Translations under genes and position numbers: made by a program | Notes under the pieces: model-generated | What the model was told of the DNA's origin: nothing | Seen by the model: only the letters and a program-made list of their open reading frames with translations | Database searches by the model: none | Assembly: GCF_025526975.1 (NCBI RefSeq) | Contig: NW_026515669.1 | Span: 1,426,001 to 1,490,000 of the forward strand | Direction: 5' to 3' | Source of the DNA: Fimicolochytrium jonesii | Lineage: Eukaryota | Length of the DNA stretch: 64,000 nucleotides | Shown here: one piece after another, positions 38,763 to 50,984 of the stretch | Numbering within the stretch: the stretch's first letter is position 1 | Layout: every line of letters begins with the position of its first letter

Positions 38763-41512
38763 CTATGCTATCAACTCGAACTTCGCCGGTAAGCACAGCT
38801 CCGACGTTATTCCCCTCACGAGTGCAAAGTTGGTATGTGTGCGCTTGTGACTAGTAATGGGATAGAAACGCGGTTAGAGAGTGTCCAGTGATGCGAATGA
38901 GCCACCCAGTCCACATACCTCACACCATCACGGATAGCGCGATGTAATCCTCCCACAGTGCAACTCGCAATAGCAGACCCATGTCCCTGAGCTACCGAAA
39001 AACGGCCAGTCGTGACATAACCAACAACCGCAGAAGCAGGTGGGAACTGCCCCAACCTATCCTTTGCCTGCTTCTCCAACCCCGCATCATCCCCATCGGG
39101 CCTCTTCTTCATGACACCCATCCAAAACTCATACTCCTCCTGCGTGGCCGAGTACACATATGCCCGATCACCAGGCACACCCTTCCGCAACATATCGATC
39201 CGCACGCGGACGAGCATGTCTCCCACCGTCTCCGGTGTAATCTCCGATAATGTGGGCAGATCCATTCCACGGCATTGTGCGATGCTTTTCCATTTGTCGA
39301 TGAGGGATTTGCCGAGGGCGGTTATTGTTGCGCTGGAGGGCAGGGAGCGGCGGAGGTGTTCGACCATGCGCGGGCTTTGAATAGCGATGATGCCACGGGT
39401 GGTTGCTGTGGGTATACCGTTGAGGTCACTTGAGGGTGTTTGCCCGGTAAGGACGCTGATTTTCGATGGATCCCGAGTGATAGCGGGCTTCACTTCCGCT
39501 GCGCTGTCCTTCTTCCCTTCGACATCAGCAGCCGTCGCCTCTGTGCCCGGCTGTACTCCAACCCCTGCGCTGACCTCCTCAGGAGACTCATCCTCGTCCT
39601 CGCCACTCGCATTGCACAACTCCTCAAACGGTGACAAAAACGGGTACTCAATCCCAAGCTTCGCGAAATTAACCTTCTTCCCTGGCGGCGTCTTCAACCA
39701 CAACTCAGCCTCCTTCAACCCCACCTTGGCCGCCCACGCCTCGCTCGCCGTCGTTTCCGGAAAATCATACGGAAAGCACGGCAAGCCCGTCTCATAATGC
39801 ATCATATGCCGTTCACGCAGACCGCCCACGCGCGCACCGGCGTACACGAGGTTCTTCCAGATGGCCATGCCCCACCCGGCTGGGATGACGATGTCCCAGC
39901 CTGAGACGTATTCGCGAGAGTCTTTGCGGATGGCGGCGTCGGAGACTTGGGTTAGGCAGTTGCGTTGGAGGAGGAGGATGGGTACTCTGGCGTCTTCGGG
40001 GGTGGGGTCGAGTGGTGTTCCGGGAATGAGCGCCTGCGGGATTGTTGCGTCAGCTCCTATGCAAGGGTAAAAGACTGACGTAGGGACTCTTACCTCTGCT
40101 CTCCTGCGATTTATCGCCCCTTCGGTAACCTTTTGTGTCTTAAAGGCCTCTCGTACGCTCGAATCCCAGATACTGTTGTTTGCGACGCCCTCAGGCCAAG
40201 CCTGCAAGGTGCTTTCACATTCCGGCGTTCCAACAGGCACTTCCTTCCTGGGAGGCATCTTCGGGGGAAAGCTCAGCCTCGGGTCCACCACAGTCAGGCC
40301 CAATGCCACTCCTGGTGGGAGAGATGCAGGAGAATTCAGATCCGACAGATCTGCCCATGCTTTGTGCCCGGCTGCATTCAGCGTTGGTTGTGTATCATCA
40401 AGTCCCAGAATGTGATGTAATATGGCATTTGACCGCGGTCCTGTGATCTCGAAGCGGAGGAGCTCGCCGTAAAGCTCTTTGACTGCGACCGCAGGTTCGT
40501 CCGGCAGTAGTGCGGTTATGGCGTGATTGATGGTGGTGAGCGCGAGCTGATAGATGGCGGGATGCAGCCATATCCATAACTTTCGAGTAGCGGTTTGATT
40601 GCCAGAGACAGGCTGCCAGAGGAAGGTCGCTGGTCCAATAGGGGCAGCAGGATACGCCATGTAATCGTGCAGGAAAGTGGTTCCCTGTCGGTCGCCTTTC
40701 AAGTATCTCGCGCTGGCAACCGCGGGAAGGGTAGGATCGGTGATGGTAGTCAACAGCCGTTGCAAATGCTTTTCTTCCCCACAGAGCTCGACCACTTGAA
40801 AGTAAGACACATCCTGCATGAGGCATTGATGTCTCGCCGCTCTGAATCCAGCTCGGAAACTCTTATCATTCGGATGCTCCGAAATCTTCCAATTCCACAG
40901 ATCCGCGATATGCATCCGTTTCGCATGCCAAATATGTGTCTCCAACCACCCCGTCTTCATAGGCTTGAGATCCTGCCTCCTCTTCTTCCTCCTTTTGCAC
41001 CGAGTCAGTTTCCCAGCCTCCCCGAGTTTCTTCTGCGGTTGCGGGTCCTTCCCTATCTGAATAAGAGCTCGTTCGTGGAGTCGTCGGGGCAACCGCTTGA
41101 CGTTGTGACTGGCGGCTCTCCGGCGCATGTGCCTCGGCACCGTTTGAAACACCCGCTGCACACCTGCGTGCTCGGTTGCATTCTCTAAGGCCTTTTCCAA
41201 CGCGGATATCTCGAACGCGCGAGCTTCTGCAAATTCAACAACGCTTATGGTGCGAGGGGGCGGCCTGGAAGTAAGCGGTGGGCCGGCGGGTATATCGCCT
41301 GTTAGCTGAGCGGGCGAATCGGCGTTCTTCACCTCTTGAATATGCATTTGCTGACGAGCCTTCTTGCGCTCGCGTGCATTTAAGGTCGTTTCTGCGGGAC
41401 GTTTGCCCTTGTTCGGTTTCCCATTCCCACCACCACTTCCATCCTGTTTCTTCTTGGTGGTCTCAGGTGTGGACTCGCCCGGAGTCTTCTCCTTGCGCTG
41501 TTGCCCGTCCAT
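38763..41512 (-). CDS. POP1: RNase P/MRP protein subunit Pop1
   Basis: FQTVPRHMRRRAASHNVKRLP, WLETHIWHAKRM, GWDIVIPAGWG, GYVTTGRFS; final exon ...FALVRGITSELCLPAKFELIA*. Confidence 0.95.
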
Positions 41513-42172
41513 GGCTTCTGAGAAGCACTATGCGAGTGGAAATCACTGGGGCGGAAGGCGATTTTGCGAAGCAGCTCGTCGAGAACTTCCAAGCTTCTCA
41601 AAATCCCAAAAGCGCGTCCTCATGCTTTCAGTGAGAATGCTCCAACAACAGACGAACCATACAGTACTCTGTACAGTAGTTACTATTCAGGAGACTACAG
41701 GCAATCGCCAGGACTTGAATTCAACATAACCTAAAGGTCAGGGTAGGTGGCCGTCGAAACCCACAGGGCGCAATTTGCGTGAAGCAGCAGCCTTGAAGAG
41801 ACGCAAAGGTGCAATCGGGAACTAGTTTTGGAGTGCATTTCCTTCAGCCGCATAGAGCCGGGGTGCAGCGACAACCATACAGGGCCAATACGAGGTAAGC
41901 ATTGACCTAGACGGAGCGAGGAACGCTCGAACTCCGAAGACGTTGGATAGTTGGAAGGAAACCATGCGAACAGCGGAACTCTCAGGAACACATGTACTGG
42001 CATCACGCCTGACCGCAAAACCCATCTTGAAAGACCTTCCTGGACCACCATGCGTTGCGTTGGTCAGTGCCACCTCTCAAACAGATTCTGTTCCGTCTTT
42101 AAGCTGATTGGAGACCTCGAGGTGGGGCTTCAAACTCACGCCGAACTCGAAGGCGGGTGTGCCGTGAGCCGA

Positions 42173-42382
42173 ACCATCACCAACATTTTGGAGGAGAATG
42201 TCGTTCAACCTTTATTGGTGTCTACCAGCGCTATCAACCTCGCTGCGGAGACCGTCAAGATGATCATGAAGATTGATGACATGTGAGTATAGCATTTCAG
42301 TTTTGCTTGTTTTGACAGTTTCCGCCGTGTTCTTCGCTGACCAACACCTTTCCTTTCGTTGCTTAGTGTTGCTGTACGATAA
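42173..42382 (+). pseudogene. CCT4: Orphan 3' fragment of chaperonin CCT delta gene retaining its last intron
   Basis: [36 protein letters not shown][intron 42283-42366]-IVAVR* matches the CCT4 C-terminus; no room for or trace of the remaining gene upstream. Confidence 0.8.
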
Positions 42383-42945
42383 ACTTAATACGAGGGAGAC
42401 CTGCAGGAGATCCTGAGGCGCGCGGATCCGCGGGAGTGAGGAGTGACGGATGCTGGTGAGGGGGATTCTATGTAGTGGCAAGGGCTTTGAGCCTTGTCAG
42501 CGTCTTGTAATGTTTTTGTAAAAACCGGTAGCGTTGTAAATGTGAATAAACTTGACGATGAAAAGAAAGAGAAGCGAGGAGTAGAATAAGCAAATTCACC
42601 GGACCGAATTGAGATAACCCGGAAACGTGTCGAGGCCGTAACGCGAGACGATCGACTTGGATATCTCCCTCCAACAAAAGCTTGTCTCTGATGAGATCCA
42701 CTTGACACACGAACAACTGGATGAGCGAGTAGGTAAACGGCCATGGTTTCGTTGGCTCCCACAGAAAGCAAGGCGACATTGCTTCATCTGGCTAGGGACA
42801 TGCAGCTGAGGAAAAGAAGAAAAAACACAAAAGTCGCTTGGCTCAAAATGCGCCATTCGGATGTCCCTTGGCTGATCACACTTGGATGTGATGGATAGGA
42901 AAACAACGCGACAAGACGATGGCAAACCCGGGAAAGAGAAAGATG

Positions 42946-42955
42946 AAAAAAAAAA
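42946..42955 (-). terminator. RNA polymerase III oligo-T terminator of tRNA-Leu
   Basis: T10 on the minus strand, 2 nt after the discriminator. Confidence 0.85.
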
Positions 42956-42957
42956 TG

Positions 42958-43039
42958 TGACGAGAGTGGGGTTCGAACCCACGCCCCTTGCGGGATTACG
43001 GCCTAAACGTAACGTCGTAGACCACTTGACTATCTCGCC
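42958..43039 (-). tRNA. tRNA-Leu(UAG), class II, intronless
   Basis: Acceptor GGCGAGA/TCTCGTC, discriminator A; anticodon stem TTACG/CGTAA with loop TTTAGGC; long variable arm; GGTTCGAACC T-loop. Confidence 0.95.
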
Positions 43040-43285
43040 TTGCCAGCTCACGTAAGCTGGCCAACACTTAAAACGCAAGCCAGCCAGCCAGGCGCGCATG
43101 TCCTGATTCATCAGGGTGTCGTCATAAAACACAGGAATACGCCTTTGCCCGCGGCGTCATTCCTTCCTGCTTCTCGCCCGCTCTCACTCCCATCCTCCTC
43201 GTTTCTCATAAACACCTCCACTCCATCCTGCACCTCATCCACTCACTCAACCACTCGCAACAAACAAACTATCGTAATAGCTATA

Positions 43286-44712
43286 ATGTCGACTCCGAAG
43301 AGAAAGCGTGCACAAGCACCGGCAGAGGTGGACGATGTCGTCCCTCCCGTAACCCTCCTAGTCAACGAAGATGCCCACTCCGACGGTACTCCCCCAACGA
43401 AGAGCAGAAAAAACGAAGATGGGGATCGAATTGCAACGAACAACGCCACGCCCGCCCCCGTCGCCGAGGAAGACGCACCGCTTGGCAAAGGCGCACAGTT
43501 AGCCTCCGATATGTGTGACTCGTCGAGAGTCGGCAAACTGCCTCCGAACCTGCGCGCTCCACCGACCGACCGACCAATCAGGATATATTCCGATGGGATA
43601 TGGGATCTGTTTCATTTTGGGCATGCAAAGGCCTTGGAGCAGGCAAAGAAGATCTTCCCGAACGTGTATCTCATGGTTGGTGGTGAGTTAGCCGGCAGTC
43701 TATAGTACTCGATATAGGTCGGGTGGGATATGGTTGCAAAATGTTGACCCGGCGACGTCTTATCCTAGTTTGCAACGACAAGCTGACCCACGAGAAGAAA
43801 GGCAAAACCGTCATGACAGACATCGAGCGTTACGAATCACTCCGCCACTGCAAATGGGTCGATGAGGTCGTCCCAGACGCACCATGGGCTATCGACCAAG
43901 CATTCCTCGACAAGCATAAGATCGATTATGTCGCCCACGACGACATCCCGTATAAGAGCGTCGAAAGCGATGATGTGTATGCTTTCGTCAAGCAACAAGG
44001 GCGGTTCTTACCAACGGCGAGGACTGAGGGTGTCAGCACGAGCGATCTCATTACGCGTATCGTGAGGGACTATGACGCATACGTCAGAAGGAATCTGGAG
44101 CGAGGTGTTAGCCCGAAGGAATTGAACATTTCGTTCTTCAAGGTGCGATTAGGGGTTTCCGCGTCACATAAGACGCTGAACGGATCCTAACGTGAGCCAC
44201 GACAGGAGAAGGAAATCCGAATGAAGTCCCGCCTCGGCAACATCAAGCAATCACTGCAAAACCGTCTACAACAGGAGGAGACGTCTATTAAGAAGAACTG
44301 GGCCGACACCAAGAGCGACTTACCTCCATACATGAAGGCCACGCTGGATTACTGGGACGACAGGAGCACCGAGCTCGTCAAGGGCTTCACAAGCCTCTTT
44401 GGACAGGAGGGAATAGTGAGTTCTCAGCGTTCTTGAAATCCCACAACCCATGCATCCGTTCCTAAACCCCTCACTCCGCAATCCCAGCCCCGTCTCTTCT
44501 TCGGTCGCAAACGCAATGGAGGCGACTCCCCGGGCTCACCCATGTCAGAGCGCCGCTTTCTTGGCTTCTTCCGCTCACGGTCCGCGTCTGTAGACGGTGA
44601 AGGGAGCGGAGAAGAGCACAACGACGATAGTGCCCGCAACAGTGAAGACGGCTCTCGCGATTCCACACCGGCCCGTGAGACTCCTAGCGAGGAGACGTGG
44701 CAGAAAGTATAG
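43286..44712 (+). CDS. PCT1: Choline-phosphate cytidylyltransferase
   Basis: [26 protein letters not shown] (HxGH), [37 protein letters not shown]; 4 exons. Confidence 0.96.
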
Positions 44713-45063
44713 TCCGGTGGGCATGGCGATTATACCAGTGGATTCGCCTTACTGCAACGCATCTGTAGATGTATGATCCACGGCATCATCATTGCATACT
44801 CGATTTCTCGTTCGTTTTGGGTTTCGTTCCACTTTTGGGTGTATTCACTGGTCCCAACAATACATGTCACTTTTTTCACGCCGTGAAGGATGTGTCATTG
44901 AGGGCCTCAGGAGGGTGCCAAAATGTTTCCGGCCGAGGCCGCTGTGGCAGGCTGTACCATAACGCTGACGGCGCTGTCAAGCTTATATACTACGCCGCTG
45001 CCTAACCTCCTACATAACACCACATCATATATGACACCAGAGCACGCACTGCACCACCCACCA

Positions 45064-47004
45064 CTATTTCTTGCCAAAGAAGCTCAGCAACGTCTTCTGC
45101 TGTCCCGCCCCACCCTTCTTGCCAGCTTTTGCCTTTGCGCTCGCTTTCTTCCCCTCCGTCGGAGAACTGGATCCTGCCTCAGCTTTTGATGCCACTGGTG
45201 CATGAGGGGGACCGTCCGATCTAGACCGTTTCATAGGTGGGCCTTTAACGTCGGGTTCTGATTCTGAGTATTCTTCCCAGTCGCTGTAGTCTTCCGTTTC
45301 TGGAGGGAGTAAGACGTCAGCGGTCTCCTCTGTTGATGCAAGTAACATGCTCCGTAGGGACATACTCATGTATTTTCCGTCTACCACGGTACGGGTCTTC
45401 TTGACTCGTCTCCTCTTCTTGACGCGTCGGGAGGGGGTTCCATCTGTTTCCCAACCGCATGAGCATCCGAGCAATGCGGAATAGTAAAACAGGTATCAAG
45501 TGTGTCCAACAAACCTTCTTGTCCCTGATCATCTGCCACCGACAGCATCTCCACCACGTCCTCAGGCTCTTCCTCTTTTAAGGGCGCAACCTTAGGCTCA
45601 TCCACATCCATTTCATCATCACCTGCACCCGCTGCAAGTCGAGCCATTTCCCGTATCTGAGCAAGCTCGGAATCCGACTCGGCCCCTTCATCATCCTCGT
45701 TATCCGCGTCCGAATCAAACATCTTGGCGATACTGTCATGATCCTCAGCGCGTTTGACGGCGTCCGGGTCTGGTTGCACTTCCTTGAGTATACTTGATGC
45801 TGAACCCTGCTTTTTGATTGCCGACCCTTTCTTGGGCGCGCTCGATTTAGGTTCGGGTTTGGAAGGTGGGAGTTCCTTAGCGGCGTCTTTTACGGCTTTC
45901 TTTGCGTATGCGTCGAAGAACGTTGCTTTTGCTTTTACCTCGTTGGCAGTTGCAGACCTTCAAGAACGAGATATCAGGACGATTCTCGTGCTGTAAGCCG
46001 GCGCATAGGAAGACATACCCTTTACGCGTCAGAGGTGCCTTGGTGCCATTTGATGAGCTCACCCGCAGCTTTTGTTGACCCTTATTCGGAATGACCTCCG
46101 GCTCCTCATCCGCCTGTGATTTCAACATTGCCATAATATGAGAGTCCATTGGCGATCCTTAAACAGCGACTGTAAGTAGCTTGCCTTGGGGACGACCACA
46201 GGTTTTGTATCTGCTGGTGGTTTGACCTGTGCAGCAGGTTTCACGCCTTTCCGCCATTGCACGTCCGCATTCGTTATCACACGACAAGCTCTAGATGACG
46301 GCTCTGTTAACCGACCGATGCATTTCAGGTATGCAGCCAGGAAGCTTACTTCAACAGTTCAGGCGTGTCGCTCTTGGCTACTTCGAAATCCGTACTGAAA
46401 AGGGCATTCTTATCCTATGTGTACTTCCATCAGCTCGTGCACAGCTGAACGTGCATATTCGCCCGAGCCTACCTGTATCGGAGCCGGTTGCAGACTATAG
46501 CAATGGATTGTATACCGCCTGAATCGATCCTTTGCCTCTAATTGCAGAACGCGTGAGTACCTGGCAGGAGTTATCGAAGGCCGCAGGCTTCCCACCCACC
46601 TTCCAAACGCTCCTGAGAAACGACTTCGCATCGCAGCATTCCACTTTTCTTCTGCTCTCCCTGAAGATAGTAGTTTGCGTATATGCCGAGAGATGGTTGT
46701 GCTTGGTGGAAGTTGTATAACACTCTGCGAACGGTCGTATCAGTCGACGTTTCGTGCGCGACCGGATAGTGGGTGGTGGGGACCGCGTGAATAACGCTAC
46801 GCTATACCTACTGTTTGGCCACATTGACGTCTATCTTCAGCTTGCGACTGAGCCACTTGTAGGTCACCTATTACAGCACACAGAGCCCCGTTAGTCTTTG
46901 CGGAAATGCCCGTCGACACAATTCTCGCCATTTCACACACATACCACTCGTTTCTCGTGTACGAGTGCTGTTTCCAGCGCCTCGAAATAGTTGTGTTCTG
47001 TCAT
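45064..47004 (-). CDS. POL32: DNA polymerase delta subunit 3 (Pol32/Cdc27)
   Basis: N-terminal VTYKWLSRKLKIDVNVAKQ; C-terminal RRVKKRRRVKKTRT...ETEDYSDWEEYSESE and PIP box QKTLLSFF. Confidence 0.9.
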
Positions 47005-47593
47005 CGTTGTAGACAGCACAAACTGAAACTACCCAAGCAGAGTATCCCTTATCGAGTGTTCCCAGAGAAAGATGTCGAGGGGCCTTGGTCCAAGATCACA
47101 AGTCACTCAGTTGTTGCGAACGGGAGTGCGAGGTGCTTCCGAAGCGTATTGCGCAAAAAGAAAGTCAACTCGTCAAAGGCTTTCACCTGGATATCGTGCC
47201 CCAGCTGTGGGAAGCACTGTGTCCGCCTTAATTCGTGCCAGTACGACGTTCAAATTCAGTGGGAAAGAGCTCAAAGCGAGTCCGAAAAAATTGGGAACAC
47301 ATCGAACGCGTCCGGCCCAGCGTCCGGCCAGAGGAGCCAGCGAGCGGGAGAAGAGCATTTTTGACCAGGGCTTCCCACCCAGCTTCCCACCAGGCCGCGA
47401 AACAAAAAACGTGCATTCGGCAGGCGCTAGCTGTGCACATGCACTTACGACACTCTCGCTGCCTGACTCTCGACCCCCGACGGCTCAGCGGCAGCGGCAA
47501 GCAGGGTGGGTCGGGACGGGGGCGCCTTTTCATAGGAATTGAGTTTGGAAGGAGAGTCAACACTCCGCCGAGGGCATTGCTGGGGGTTGGACG

Positions 47594-50500
47594 ATGCAGG
47601 TTCTCGGGCGACTTGCACAATCGCCGCCGTCCCGCAACGCAGCACAGCTTATTGTAACCGAAGCGACCGGACGCCTTCCGCACCCTCGTCGAGCGGGTCA
47701 GCCCGGCTCCGGAAATATACCCAGGACATTGAACGGTGCTGCAATGCCTCGGGATGCAGCAAGCGGACAGTGTGGATCTGCACCAAGGCGGCGTTTGAAT
47801 GACGCCGCAAGGTCCTTTTTTGTTTTCCTTGGCAGCCTGTCGAACGATTCCCTTGGGCACCGAAATGGCTGCAGGGGTAATAGGCCTTCCATGGCACCGT
47901 TCGGTCGGCGACATCACTCGTCCGTTGCTCACAAGCTAGCCGAACAAGAACCTGATGAAGACAGAACTACGGTTACCGAGAGCATGGCGGTACTGACGGC
48001 GAAGGGCCCAGCCAGCGTCATGAGGCTGGCACCGGTCGACGAAAGAGCTTTAGGAGTTGCGGACGATGAGAGGAGTACAACAGGGAAGCCACAGCAAACA
48101 GATACCCTTTGGGACCCCGGATTCTCGAAAGTAAATGGCACTGTCGCGGAGCCTTTAGAGACTGTTACGGGTGCGGTGCAAGCCGAGCAGAAAAATGAGA
48201 AGCGAAGACGAAGCGCCGCGCACACGAGTGCACGAAGCAAAGCTCCTCAGAGGACCTCTAGGACGAATTACATTCCTGGCGATATGCGCGAGAAAGATGA
48301 GCCACTAGGCTCGCTCTGGCCGACCGTGAAGGCAAAGGCAGCTGACGGGGACTTCGCCAGCGCGCTGAAAGTCCTTCCGAAAGCATACGAACGGGAGCCA
48401 CTTTCATTTCCTGATTTCGAAGACCTGCTACGGTTAGCATCCGCTCGACCAGAAGGGACCGCATTAGCTGTTTTCATCTTGAAACATATCCGGAGAACGG
48501 ATGATACCCTGGAACATATCGTGAATGCTTTTTATCAAGGCACTTTGGTGATTCCCTGGGGCTCCCGCGAGGCTGTAGGCCAGTTGATCGCATCTTTCCT
48601 CAAAGTGAAGCAATTTGAGGCAGCCATAGACGCCTTCCATCGCGCCAAGCTGGAGCGTGATGACTTTGTGGATGTGCGGCTTGTTCTGGATCTGTGCGAC
48701 GCAGGTCTCTTCGAGGATGCGAAGATGATCTTCAACTTGATGGATCGCCAACATCTCAACAGAGAGAGCAATAGGCGCCTGTTTTTCGGCCTTTTCTCTG
48801 CTCTTCCGAAGTGTGGAACAAAACTCGATTTCTCCAGCACCTACGCAGAGATGAAAGCGCGGAACGTCGTATATACGAAGGAGCTTTACCAAACGGTCAT
48901 CCGAGCCTGCCTCGCGTTCGGTGCCATCGAACGAGCAACAGCCACGTTCGAAGAGATGGTCGGATACCCATTTCAGCCTGATACGAACATCTATTGCGCT
49001 TTTATACGGGCATACACTCGACCGCCGCATGCAAACACCGCCCTGCTAATGATGTGGTACGATTCTATGGTGGTAGAGCACATCAAGCCGACGTTAAAAG
49101 CGTACACGAACATGCTAGCACATTTCGCGCGCGAAGGAAAATTGGAGAGCCTAGAAGCCGTGTGGGCGGACATGACGCATTTTGAAATCAAGCCGGACTT
49201 GCACGCGTACACCACGATGATGCTTGCGTACGCTCGTCAGGGCCAAGCGGGGTCTGCAGAACGATGGTTCAAGATGATGTTGGATGATCAGCATACGCCA
49301 GATTCCTATGCGTATAGCGCTCTGCTGATGGGCTATATCCAGGCGCAGAATTTGGAGGCTGCTCAGAGGCTGATGGCCGAGCTTGTCCGGCGGCAGGCAG
49401 AGGTGGACGAACAGAACAAGAGACTGGCTACCACGGACGCCGAGGCCGACATACAGGCTGCGAAGCAGACCAAGAGGAAGGAGCGGAGGCCGGACAAGGT
49501 CCCATCCCTCGTCAACACCAACACTTACAACATCCTGATCAAGGAGCTCATCCGCGTCGGCGACGTCCACGCAACACGATGGTACATCGAAGAAATGCGA
49601 AAATCCGGCATCGAACCCGACACCTACACCTGTCTCAGCGTCATGCAGGGCTACATCTCCACATCCAACATCCACGAAGGCCTCCAGATGTACCACGCCA
49701 TGGTCGCGCAGGGCGTCGTGCCCAACAATCACATCTACTCCAAGCTGGTCAACATGCTGGGCCACGCGAAGGCGGCTTCGCAGGACATCCGCCATGTGAT
49801 GGAGGACATGATCGCGCGCAGGGTGGAGCCGGATGTGTACACTTGGACAGCGATCATGTTTGCGTTTGGACGGGCGGGGGAGCCGGAGATGGCGATCAAA
49901 ATCTGGGAACAGCTCCGGAATTTACGGGCTGAGGAGAATGCTGTCGGCGGCGAGAATGCGAAAGATGCCACGGTGGCGACGGACCCGATCGACTGCGCGC
50001 CGGTACTGATTGTCGACGACGTGTGTTTCCTGATGTTCCTGTATGCGGTTTTGGGGCTCTCTGAACGGTTGGGCGGCGTCAAGACGGAAGAAGGGTTGGA
50101 GTGGTTAAACCGGCTGCTGGACGAGACGCGGTGGTTGGTGGGGAACAATATGGTTTTCACGGGGAGGTCGTGGGATGTCCTGATCCGGAAGGTTGCTGGG
50201 CGTGGAGATGTGTTGGTCGCTGCAGAGATTGTGGAGATCGCGTTGAGAGCGTTATGTGATAGGGTGCGGAATGTGTCGCCGCCATTGAGAGCGGAGACCG
50301 AGATCATCATTGCCACATCCAACAACACAGACTCGCCACCCTCATTACAATCAGCGCCTGCAAGCGATACCCCAGCGGAGTCGCCTCCATCGGCGCAAAG
50401 TGAATCCATCGGCAAACTCGTTCAACAGATACGTCTCCAGCAATCCATCCGCACATTCGCATCCATCCGCGTCGCCCTCGACGCGGTTCTCGTCAACGCC

Positions 50501-50647
50501 TTGCCTCCCCTGGCTCGCTACGTACGGTGGGCTGGGCACTCCGCCAGAATTAAGGATCAGCTTATTCCCCTACTCGAGGTCTTGCGCACGGAGTTCTCGG
50601 ACCTCGTCACTCCGGAACACCTGACTCTGTTTGACGAATCGCCTTAG
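47594..50647 (+). CDS. Pentatricopeptide-repeat (PPR) protein, probably mitochondrial RNA-binding
   Basis: Intronless 1017-aa ORF with about 35-aa repeats (PDTNIYCAFIRAY, PDLHAYTTMMLAYARQG, PDVYTWTAIMFAFGRAG); start codon uncertain. Confidence 0.9.
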   Translation: MQVLGRLAQSPPSRNAAQLIVTEATGRLPHPRRAGQPGSGNIPRTLNGAAMPRDAASGQCGSAPRRRLNDAARSFFVFLGSLSNDSLGHRNGCRGNRPSMAPFGRRHHSSVAHKLAEQEPDEDRTTVTESMAVLTAKGPASVMRLAPVDERALGVADDERSTTGKPQQTDTLWDPGFSKVNGTVAEPLETVTGAVQAEQKNEKRRRSAAHTSARSKAPQRTSRTNYIPGDMREKDEPLGSLWPTVKAKAADGDFASALKVLPKAYEREPLSFPDFEDLLRLASARPEGTALAVFILKHIRRTDDTLEHIVNAFYQGTLVIPWGSREAVGQLIASFLKVKQFEAAIDAFHRAKLERDDFVDVRLVLDLCDAGLFEDAKMIFNLMDRQHLNRESNRRLFFGLFSALPKCGTKLDFSSTYAEMKARNVVYTKELYQTVIRACLAFGAIERATATFEEMVGYPFQPDTNIYCAFIRAYTRPPHANTALLMMWYDSMVVEHIKPTLKAYTNMLAHFAREGKLESLEAVWADMTHFEIKPDLHAYTTMMLAYARQGQAGSAERWFKMMLDDQHTPDSYAYSALLMGYIQAQNLEAAQRLMAELVRRQAEVDEQNKRLATTDAEADIQAAKQTKRKERRPDKVPSLVNTNTYNILIKELIRVGDVHATRWYIEEMRKSGIEPDTYTCLSVMQGYISTSNIHEGLQMYHAMVAQGVVPNNHIYSKLVNMLGHAKAASQDIRHVMEDMIARRVEPDVYTWTAIMFAFGRAGEPEMAIKIWEQLRNLRAEENAVGGENAKDATVATDPIDCAPVLIVDDVCFLMFLYAVLGLSERLGGVKTEEGLEWLNRLLDETRWLVGNNMVFTGRSWDVLIRKVAGRGDVLVAAEIVEIALRALCDRVRNVSPPLRAETEIIIATSNNTDSPPSLQSAPASDTPAESPPSAQSESIGKLVQQIRLQQSIRTFASIRVALDAVLVNALPPLARYVRWAGHSARIKDQLIPLLEVLRTEFSDLVTPEHLTLFDESP

Positions 50648-50984
50648 CGTTCTGGTAGATGTAGATCTATACCCCTCCCTCTTCCTCCATGTTTGTTACC
50701 AGACAGGAGGTTTGGATAAACTCGACGTGTATATATGCAATTTGCCAATATCATACTGGCCTTGCCGACGACACTCTCATGCTAGCGTCGACTTGATGCA
50801 TAGGGAGGACATTCATTGAACCAATATATAGATGACGGGCGCAAACTTTCTATAGTGATAAGATGCTCCATCAAAGCAGGAGCTTACATGGAGAAGTGGG
50901 TTGGCGATGATAATTGCCGATTACAAGCGCGAGAATATCCTAATGAAATGATGTGAAGACATCAGCTTGGGCCAGATTCAACCG

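Noticed and set aside
42688..42810. CTGATGA...CTGA: hammerhead-ribozyme or C/D snoRNA look-alike, with AACGGCCATG complementary to 18S
   Set aside because: No GAAA after the putative stem II, weak terminal stem, and the complementarity is not adjacent to a D/D' box
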